DNA of 24,000 bases from Nitrospirota bacterium (GTDB lineage Bacteria; Nitrospirota; Thermodesulfovibrionia; Thermodesulfovibrionales; JdFR-85): NCBI GenBank assembly GCA_011321725.1, contig DROX01000070.1:7189-31188 (forward strand). The letters are read 5' to 3'. The notes under the pieces were generated by a model. It saw nothing but the letters and a program-made list of their open reading frames with translations, ran no database searches and had not been told where the DNA came from. A program made the translations under genes and the position numbers. Shown piece by piece: positions 1 through 6,868 of the stretch (positions are counted from its first letter, which is position 1; every line of letters begins with the position of its first letter).

Positions 1-1968
1 TATATTCAATACACTCCCTCTGAGGAATGTTTCTATCAGGGCGATGATCCTTTCTATTTGGTCAGGCAGATTAGAGGGCTATTGTGGCATGATATTATGC
101 CCAGGCGCCCCTGGCAGAAGCTACAGGAGATGGATGCATATGCGTGTAACCTTGTATTTACAATGCTTGTTGTCTCTTCCAGAGAAGAGATTGCCGAGCA
201 TTTCAGATATGTAATGGATCAGGTTGAGATAATCCCTCTTTCGGATAAAGATCTTGAACTTCTCTGTGAAGACCGGAGTGACGGGGGTATTCCATCATCA
301 CCACAGAGTTGTTCCAGCGCGGAGAAATACAGAGAAGATCAGGAAGGTTCCTGCTCGTTGACAGGCACTGAAAGGTCACTCCTTGCCGATATACTCAGAA
401 TCCAGAAGGATATACTTTCTCTTCCTGATAATGTTGAATGGTTCAAGGGGAGGTTAAAAGCAGTGGCAAGTACATTTTCTGCATGTTGTGTGCAGATTGG
501 AAAGAAAGATGCCCTTGCTGAACTTGAATCATCTCTAAAGGAGGCTATCCTGGCAGCCAGCCCTGAGCCGTTACAGGTATGGTTTGATAAGCACCTCAGC
601 ATGTTCCTTGATTCGGAACCCGATGTGGAGATTACATTAAGAATGAATGACACGGAAAAGAGAATAAACTCTCTGGCATCAAGCCAGATGACCACCGGTC
701 ATGTATCAAAGGACGGAGGTCCCATAAGCTCTGAAAATGCAGGCTCAGCAATGACAGATAAGAACTCCAAAGGACGTGCTGAGAATCGCACCACCTCAAG
801 AGTTCTTAAGGTTGACCAGGCAAAGATTGACCGCCTTATGAATCTTATCGGTGAAATGGTTGTGTCCAAAAATGCATTACCCTATCTTGCATCCAGGGCA
901 GAGGATGTTTATGGAATCCCTGAACTGGGTCGGGAAATAAAGTCTCACTACATCAGTATAAACAGGATAGTGGAGGAGATGCAAGATGCTATCATGCAGG
1001 TGAGGATGGTGCCAGTGGCCCATGTGTTTCAGAGATTCCCACGTCTGGTTCGTGATATCGCAAATAAACTCCAAAAGGAGGTTGAGCTGATAATAGAGGG
1101 AGAAGAGACAGAGGCGGACAAAAATATCATAGAATCTCTTGCAGAGCCCCTGATACATATAATTCGCAACAGTCTTGACCATGGCATTGAGCTACCAGAG
1201 GAACGCATTAAAGCAGGGAAGCCTCCAAAAGGAAGGCTTGCTATCAGGGCGGTTCAGGAATCAGACTGTGTGGTAATAGAAATCTCCGATGATGGCAGGG
1301 GAATTGATCCTGAACTCATAAAACTCAAGGCCTATGAAAAGGGGATAATAGATGAGGAGACATTGGAGTGTATTACAGACCAGGATGCGGTCAACCTCAT
1401 AATGGCTGCAGGCTTTTCAACATCTGAGACGGTATCGGACCTCTCAGGCAGAGGGGTAGGGATGGATGTGGTCAGGAACGCTGTTGAAAAGGTTAAAGGT
1501 AACATAAAGATTGAGAGCGAGAAAGGAAAAGGGACACGGATAACCTTATCCCTGCCACTGTCAGTTGCGGTAACCAATGTGATGATAGTGAAATCGGATG
1601 GGAGAAAATTCGGGGTGCCCATGGATACGGTTGTAGAGACTGTTAGGATACCAGATGATGAAGTCTCATCAGTAAAAGATAAACGCGTAGCAATTCTGAG
1701 AGATCAGGTGGTTCCACTTTTTAATCTCAACGATCTGCTATGTATCAACAGTCCTCAAAGACTGAATGAAGAGGGAGAACTTGCGGTGCTTGTGGTGAGA
1801 ACATACTCCGGCAATGCGGGAATAGTGGTGGATGAGTTTTATGAGACCACAGACATAATCCTTAAACCAATGGAGGGGATACTTGCTGGTATCAAGGCGT
1901 ATGCTGGTACAGCCCTTTTGGGCGATGGCTCGGTATTAATTGTATTAAATCCAAAGGAGCTGGTGTAA
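1..1968 (+). CDS. cheA: Chemotaxis histidine kinase CheA, 5'-truncated by the window edge
   Basis: Frame 1 is open from nt 1, with no stop before the listed TTG at 58, so the true start and the Hpt/P1 domain probably lie upstream. Visible motifs: dimerisation-like VLKVDQAKIDRLMNLIGEMV, N-box HIIRNSLDHGIE, G1 DDGRGID, G2 GRGVGMDVV, and a C-terminal CheW-like P5 (VMIVKSDGRKFGVPMDTVVE ... LLGDGSVLIVLNP). Confidence 0.9.
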   Translation, partial: YIQYTPSEECFYQGDDPFYLVRQIRGLLWHDIMPRRPWQKLQEMDAYACNLVFTMLVVSSREEIAEHFRYVMDQVEIIPLSDKDLELLCEDRSDGGIPSSPQSCSSAEKYREDQEGSCSLTGTERSLLADILRIQKDILSLPDNVEWFKGRLKAVASTFSACCVQIGKKDALAELESSLKEAILAASPEPLQVWFDKHLSMFLDSEPDVEITLRMNDTEKRINSLASSQMTTGHVSKDGGPISSENAGSAMTDKNSKGRAENRTTSRVLKVDQAKIDRLMNLIGEMVVSKNALPYLASRAEDVYGIPELGREIKSHYISINRIVEEMQDAIMQVRMVPVAHVFQRFPRLVRDIANKLQKEVELIIEGEETEADKNIIESLAEPLIHIIRNSLDHGIELPEERIKAGKPPKGRLAIRAVQESDCVVIEISDDGRGIDPELIKLKAYEKGIIDEETLECITDQDAVNLIMAAGFSTSETVSDLSGRGVGMDVVRNAVEKVKGNIKIESEKGKGTRITLSLPLSVAVTNVMIVKSDGRKFGVPMDTVVETVRIPDDEVSSVKDKRVAILRDQVVPLFNLNDLLCINSPQRLNEEGELAVLVVRTYSGNAGIVVDEFYETTDIILKPMEGILAGIKAYAGTALLGDGSVLIVLNPKELV

Positions 1969-2205
1969 ATGGCAATTGAGTTTCAGAATAAGAAAGCTAT
2001 ATTCAGAGATATTGTGACCGTGGATGAGGCTGAAACCCTTCTTGAATGGCTTCAGCAGAATCCCGATGCTGTAATTGACCTGTCATGTCTGTCTCATATG
2101 CATACAGCCTGTCTCCAGGTATTGATGGCAGCTGATCCTGATTTTTCAAGCTGGCCTGAGGATGAGTCACTCATGAGGTGGCTCCGGTCAGCATTTAAAA
2201 AATAA
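1969..2205 (+). CDS. Small STAS-like (anti-sigma-antagonist fold) protein inside the che operon
   Basis: 78-aa ORF whose ATG directly abuts the cheA stop (TAAATG at 1966-1971), suggesting translational coupling. The core VIDLSCLSHMHTACLQVLMAA resembles the DLSxVxxiDSxgLqvL STAS core, but HT replaces the phosphorylatable DS. The family call rests on this motif only. Confidence 0.55.
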   Translation: MAIEFQNKKAIFRDIVTVDEAETLLEWLQQNPDAVIDLSCLSHMHTACLQVLMAADPDFSSWPEDESLMRWLRSAFKK

Positions 2206-2219
2206 AAGGAGGGCATATT

Positions 2220-2597
2220 ATGGTGGCAAAGACAATTATGATAGTAGATGACTCACAGACAATGATTATGAGTCTCAAGGCAACCCTGGAGATGAATGGA
2301 TTCAGAGTTGAATCGGCTTATGATGGACTGCAGGCCCTGAACAGGCTTAAATCAGGTCTGAAACCGGATCTGATCATCACTGATATCAACATGCCCAATA
2401 TGGATGGTATTGAGTTCATCAAGAATGCCCGTATGGTATCGGGGTTGCGTTTTACACCAATCCTGGCCCTTACTACCGAAAGCCAGCAGGCAAAGAGGAA
2501 CGAGGCAAAAAAAGCAGGGGCTACAGGATGGCTCGTGAAACCTGTTGCAGGACCTGATCTGGTAAAAGTCATAAAACAGGTATTACCAGGGGCTTAG
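2220..2597 (+). CDS. cheY: CheY-like single-domain response regulator
   Basis: 125 aa, REC only. Has the acidic pocket IMIVDDS, phospho-acceptor LIITDINMPNMDG, T in LALTTES and K in LVKP. The SD AAGGAGGG (2206-2213) lies 6 nt before the ATG. Confidence 0.9.
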   Translation: MVAKTIMIVDDSQTMIMSLKATLEMNGFRVESAYDGLQALNRLKSGLKPDLIITDINMPNMDGIEFIKNARMVSGLRFTPILALTTESQQAKRNEAKKAGATGWLVKPVAGPDLVKVIKQVLPGA

Positions 2598-2689
2598 CGT
2601 ACAAAAGGGGAGGAAAGAGAGTGGATAAAAAGTGCGTTTTCACAAATCTTTTAAAGTTTCAGGGCAGGAGCATACAGGAGGAATGAGCT

Positions 2690-3967
2690 GTGAGGGTTAA
2701 ACAGGGTTTGCCATGTGCCAGGTTGGATAATATTCATACCCCCTATGTAAAAATAACGGTTATATTCTTTTGTGCCGTTGCCCTTGTTTCTTTTCTTGCC
2801 TATCTACTGTATCCATACCTGCACGCGCTGTTTAAGCTGTCGCACAGACTTGAAGTCAGCATGGTTATAATATCTGCATCTGTTGTTATCTTTTCTGTAG
2901 CTGCTATGATCACAAAGAAACATCTCAAACATGTCTTCAAGATAATTTCTATCCATAACCAGTGTGCTACACAACACTTGTTCATAAGAAATCACTATAA
3001 GCAGACTGTTGAAGACATCCCTGATTACACCAATCTGCTTTGCAACCAACTAAGCGAGGCAGTTGCTCAGACAGAAGAGGATGTGCTGAATGTGGTGGAT
3101 AGGTTGGTGAATATCCACAATGAAAGCAAGTCTCAAATGGAGCGCATAGGATCATCCACAGACAAAAGCAACGAACTCATTTCAACCATGCAACAGCAGG
3201 TAAAACAGAATGAGGAGATCATCAGGGTGCTTGACAACTTTTCGCGTGTCCAGTCCGCACATCTGGAGGATAACCTGAAACGCATCCAGCAACTCTCTGA
3301 TGACATAAAACAGCTGAGTCCTCTGGTTAACATTATAACCGAAATTGCTGATCAGACCAATCTGCTTGCCCTTAATGCAGCCATAGAGGCTGCCCGTGCA
3401 GGAGAGGCAGGTAAAGGCTTTGCTGTGGTGGCTGACGAAGTGCGTAAACTTTCCAACAAAACCAATGAAGCTGCAAAGGATATCGCAGATCGGATTTCAA
3501 AAGTCACAGAACGTGTACAAAGTGAGATTAAAAACGCCTTTCAGGTACTGGAGAGAAACAGAAAAACCAATGAGTTCAGGAGACTCTCCGACTCATTGAG
3601 AGAGATTGAAAGCCGCTTCGGAGATACTGCCAGTATCCTTGAAGAGGTAATACGTGGCATTGACGAGGCAAACAGGGTAATAATGGATGAAGTTTCTGCT
3701 GTGCTGGGTGAGATACAGTTTCAGGATGTTTTGCGTCAGAGGATAGAGCATGTAATAAATGCCCTCCAGTTGATGAATAATCTTGCTGGTGAAACACTCA
3801 GCTGGTTGAGTGGTGACAGTGATGCCGTTCCTGAGCCTCTGAAAAGCCATATGGACGAAATAAGAGAAAAGTATGTAATGTACGAGCAAAGGGTTGTGCA
3901 CAGCAGAGTTACAGGTGATCCCCTTTCAATCCAGGATGAGAGCGGGCCAAAGATTGAACTGTTCTGA
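2690..3967 (+). CDS. Methyl-accepting chemotaxis protein with a two-TM hairpin anchor and no periplasmic ligand-binding domain
   Basis: GTG start 8 nt after AGGAGG (2676-2681). Two hydrophobic segments ([25 protein letters not shown] and [19 protein letters not shown]) are separated by about 11 residues. Carries the MCP hairpin-tip signature [35 protein letters not shown]. The C-terminal region contains [15 protein letters not shown] and ends in KIELF. Confidence 0.85.
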   Translation: MRVKQGLPCARLDNIHTPYVKITVIFFCAVALVSFLAYLLYPYLHALFKLSHRLEVSMVIISASVVIFSVAAMITKKHLKHVFKIISIHNQCATQHLFIRNHYKQTVEDIPDYTNLLCNQLSEAVAQTEEDVLNVVDRLVNIHNESKSQMERIGSSTDKSNELISTMQQQVKQNEEIIRVLDNFSRVQSAHLEDNLKRIQQLSDDIKQLSPLVNIITEIADQTNLLALNAAIEAARAGEAGKGFAVVADEVRKLSNKTNEAAKDIADRISKVTERVQSEIKNAFQVLERNRKTNEFRRLSDSLREIESRFGDTASILEEVIRGIDEANRVIMDEVSAVLGEIQFQDVLRQRIEHVINALQLMNNLAGETLSWLSGDSDAVPEPLKSHMDEIREKYVMYEQRVVHSRVTGDPLSIQDESGPKIELF

Positions 3968-4055
3968 AGAGAATGAGATGCTCAATCATTAATCCTGCCA
4001 CCAACGATTGTTAAAACAAAGAGTAGCAAAACAAGGACGAATCCCTTCTCATTCA

Positions 4056-4616
4056 TCAACTGAACTCCTTCATGCAACGTGCTACTATCTCCTGGAACTC
4101 CTCTTCTGATATGTCCTCATCAATAAGGAGGTTCCCCTCTTCATCCCTTTCAATCTCCGTGATCTCGGGATATCTTCTCCGTAGAAGTTCAAGCTCTATA
4201 TACTGTCTCTTTAGAAGATTCAGGAGCCTCCTGTTTTCCTCCTGCAGGTTGTACTGTTCTATAGCCTTGCGGAGGGTAAGGATAAGTTCGTAGTCCTGCC
4301 ATGGCTTTGTGAGAAATCTGTAGACCTCGCCGTTGTTCACTGCCCTGATGGCTGCCTCGGTGCTTGCATGACCTGTAAGGATTATACGTATCACATCAGG
4401 ATACCGGGTCTTTACAATGGCAAGGAATTCAGAGCCTGACATCCCTGGCATGCATTCATCTGATACCACCACCTTGATGGCCCTGTGTTTAAGTATCTCA
4501 AGGCCGTCTTCAGCTGTTGTGGCCATGGCTATCTCATAGGGTTCATCCATGAGGAGCCTCTTTATGGAGGATAGTATGTTGGGCTCGTCATCTACTACCA
4601 GGATGGTATCCTTCAT
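4056..4616 (-). CDS. Response regulator: REC domain plus a short coiled-coil and acidic C-terminal tail, with no recognised output domain
   Basis: REC motifs ILVVDDE, VVVSDECMPGMSG and LTKPW. Preferred start is the ATG at 4616 (MKDTILVVDDE), 4 nt after AGGAGG (4621-4626 on the minus strand). The ORF-track start at 4643 would overlap the upstream gene by 19 nt and has no SD. The tail ELELLRRRYPEITEIERDEEGNLLIDEDISEEEFQEI is unassigned. Confidence 0.8.
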   Translation of the reverse strand: MKDTILVVDDEPNILSSIKRLLMDEPYEIAMATTAEDGLEILKHRAIKVVVSDECMPGMSGSEFLAIVKTRYPDVIRIILTGHASTEAAIRAVNNGEVYRFLTKPWQDYELILTLRKAIEQYNLQEENRRLLNLLKRQYIELELLRRRYPEITEIERDEEGNLLIDEDISEEEFQEIVARCMKEFS

Positions 4617-4624
4617 AACGCCTC

Positions 4625-5944
4625 CTATCTCCTTTTCATCCATACAAATACCCCGCTTCTTGAGGGGTCTATCCTGCAGTACCGTTTGATGGCTTCAATG
4701 TGTGTGGTCTTTAAGACAGTTCCCTTTTTCAGTAGCAGAAGTCCTGTGCCGCTGTGAAAGTCACGTGAGACAATCATGCCCTGGGTTAATTTCATCGGTG
4801 AGAGTTCAAGCTCAACATAATCACTCCTGGGGAGTCTGCCGGCATAGAGTTGCTCTGCCGGGGTAGTGATATATTTGAATAAGGATGGGTCAAAGTCGCG
4901 TCCGAGCCTTTTCTTGACCTCTGTCAGGGCAAGTTCCAGCGCATTGTCAGCATTGTATTTGCTGATTTCACGATCCAGGAAATCCACAATGCCTATTATC
5001 CTTGCTCCTAGTGGTATCTGCTCTCCCTTCAAACCGTCAGGGAATCCTGTGCCATCGTAGTTTTCGTGGTGGTGTCTGATAAGGAGCCCAGCGTTGCGAA
5101 GGTCTTCTATCATGTCAATGGCAGATTGTCCCCTCACAGAGTGTTGCCTGTATATCTCAAACTCATCCGGAGACATCTCCTCCGGTCTTTTTTCAATAAG
5201 CAGGTCGGGTATGGCAATCTTCCCTATGTCATGTAGCAGGGCAGCGACCATGATGTCTTCTATATCCTTGGAGTTCAGTCCCAGTGTCTTTGCAATCTTC
5301 ACTGAGAGGTCCGCTACATTCCTGGAGTGGCTTTTGGAGCCCTTTTCTCTCATCTCCAGCAGGGTTGAGAAGGAAAAGATGGTGTTCTTGAAGTTGTTCC
5401 GCAATCTTTTGTTGAGGTTTTCAAGTTCTTTGTTCTTGTTCTGTATCTCAATCGTCTGCTGCTGGACATAGTACTCAAGCTGTGAGTTCCAATGCTTTAA
5501 CTCCTGGTTTTTCTGTTTTATCACCTCCTGGAGTTGCTTGTTTTCCCTGATAAGCCTGTACTGTCTTACCCCTTCCCTGACCGCATAGAGCAGTTCATTG
5601 TCATTCCATGGTTTTGTGAGGTATCTGTATGCTCCTCCCCTGTTTATGGCGGCAATGGCTGCACCCACGTCAGCGTATCCTGTGAGTACCATCCTGATGG
5701 TATCAGGTGAGAGCTTTCTTGCCATTTCAAGGAACTCTGCCCCGCTCATGCCGGGCATCCTCTGGTCAGAGATTATCAGTGCAATGTCGGGGTTGTCCTT
5801 CAGGACCTGCAGGGCCTTCTCCCCCGAGTCTGCAAGGAGGACATCGTAGTCTTCAGTGATGAGGAGCCTTTTCAATGAGCTGAGTATGTTCCTCTCGTCA
5901 TCAACAACAAGTACCTTATCCCTGGTGTTTGTGGTTGTCGCCAT
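4625..5944 (-). CDS. Response regulator with an HD-GYP (RpfG-family) c-di-GMP phosphodiesterase domain and an unassigned C-terminal extension of about 80 aa
   Basis: REC motifs (VLVVDDE, LIISDQRMPGMSG, LTKPW), then a coiled-coil linker. HD-GYP motifs are LLHDIGK and HHENYDGTGFPDGL, where GFP replaces the usual GYP. The start ATG lies 3 nt after the upstream stop. Confidence 0.85.
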   Translation of the reverse strand: MATTTNTRDKVLVVDDERNILSSLKRLLITEDYDVLLADSGEKALQVLKDNPDIALIISDQRMPGMSGAEFLEMARKLSPDTIRMVLTGYADVGAAIAAINRGGAYRYLTKPWNDNELLYAVREGVRQYRLIRENKQLQEVIKQKNQELKHWNSQLEYYVQQQTIEIQNKNKELENLNKRLRNNFKNTIFSFSTLLEMREKGSKSHSRNVADLSVKIAKTLGLNSKDIEDIMVAALLHDIGKIAIPDLLIEKRPEEMSPDEFEIYRQHSVRGQSAIDMIEDLRNAGLLIRHHHENYDGTGFPDGLKGEQIPLGARIIGIVDFLDREISKYNADNALELALTEVKKRLGRDFDPSLFKYITTPAEQLYAGRLPRSDYVELELSPMKLTQGMIVSRDFHSGTGLLLLKKGTVLKTTHIEAIKRYCRIDPSRSGVFVWMKRR

Positions 5945-5947
5945 GGT

Positions 5948-6781
5948 CTATTCCTTCTGATCCGTTCTGCTGATTACTATTATCAATCCTCTCTGTCCGT
6001 TCTGGTACTTCATGAAGACACCCCTTATGCTCACCTCTCTGCCATTGAGTATGATATGACCCTCAATCTCTTTGTTGGGCTCCTTCAATGTACTTATAAA
6101 ACCAAGGAGTTTTTGCGGGAAGACCTCTTCTGATGGAAGCCCGATGGGTTCAAACTTCAGCCCCATCAGGTCTGCAAACCTCCTGTTTGCCTGCACAATC
6201 AGGCCTGATGGGTCTATACCGGCCACGCCTACCGGAAGGGCATTGAGAATGTTTTGTGCCCGCTCCATGACCATATTCTTGAAGACCAGCTCCTCTGTCC
6301 TTTCCTCAACGAGTTTCTCCAGGTTCCTGTTGATCTCCTGGAGCTGCATGTTCTTCTCTTTCAGTTCCTTAGCAAGCTTTCTGTTGTGCTTCTGGAGGAA
6401 GTACTTCTCAAGTGCGTTCGTTACGGTGACCCTCAGATCGTCATCATTCCAGGGCTTGGGTATGAACTTGTAAATCTGTCCCTCGTTTATAGCCTCAACT
6501 ACGGATCCGGTATCTGCGTAACCTGATAGGACGATCCTGACAGTGTCGGGCCAGTTGTCGTAGACCGTCCGCAGGAATTCCACCCCATCCATCCCGGGCA
6601 TCCTGTAGTCAGAGATCACCACCTGCACAGGCTGTTTATTCTTCAGTATCTCAATGCCCTCCTCCCCTGATGAGGCAGTAAGGATCTCGTAGTCATCATC
6701 AAGAAAGACCCTCTTCAGTGATTTCAGGACATTGCCTTCATCATCCACACAGAGTATCCTTATGTCCTCATCATAGTTCAT
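5948..6781 (-). CDS. Response regulator with a C-terminal PAS-like domain
   Basis: REC motifs (ILCVDDE, VVISDYRMPGMDG, IPKPW), a coiled coil, then a PAS-like segment ILNALPVGVAGIDPSGLIVQANRRFADLMG. The SD GGAGGG is upstream of the ATG at 6781. Confidence 0.8.
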   Translation of the reverse strand: MNYDEDIRILCVDDEGNVLKSLKRVFLDDDYEILTASSGEEGIEILKNKQPVQVVISDYRMPGMDGVEFLRTVYDNWPDTVRIVLSGYADTGSVVEAINEGQIYKFIPKPWNDDDLRVTVTNALEKYFLQKHNRKLAKELKEKNMQLQEINRNLEKLVEERTEELVFKNMVMERAQNILNALPVGVAGIDPSGLIVQANRRFADLMGLKFEPIGLPSEEVFPQKLLGFISTLKEPNKEIEGHIILNGREVSIRGVFMKYQNGQRGLIIVISRTDQKE

Positions 6782-6868
6782 GCTGAATAGGCCCTCCGCC
6801 TCTTCCGTATATGAAATCAGTACCTGTAGATTTTATCGCCCGGAATCGGGAAATCCTTTAATCACCCT

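Noticed and set aside
385-392. A perfect sigma-28 -10 octamer GCCGATAT inside cheA.
   Set aside because: There is no TAAA element at the required distance upstream. The site is within coding sequence with no downstream gene start.
430-520. A possible degenerate Hpt-like motif in the CheA linker (VEWFKGRLKAVAS compared with HxxKG).
   Set aside because: Only the KG dipeptide matches and the His is absent. The genuine P1 domain is expected upstream of the window, so the similarity is too slight to report.
2652-2659. A perfect sigma-28 -35 octamer TAAAGTTT upstream of the first MCP gene.
   Set aside because: The sequence 11-12 nt downstream (CATACAGG) bears no resemblance to GCCGATAA. A start there would also fall on the SD and start codon. 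This is probably a chance hit inside the operon.
2684-2686. An in-frame TGA two codons before the MCP start, considered as possible selenocysteine or readthrough fusing the uORF to the receptor.
   Set aside because: No SECIS-like hairpin follows. The MCP has its own well-placed SD and GTG, and nothing in the upstream peptide resembles a receptor N-terminus.
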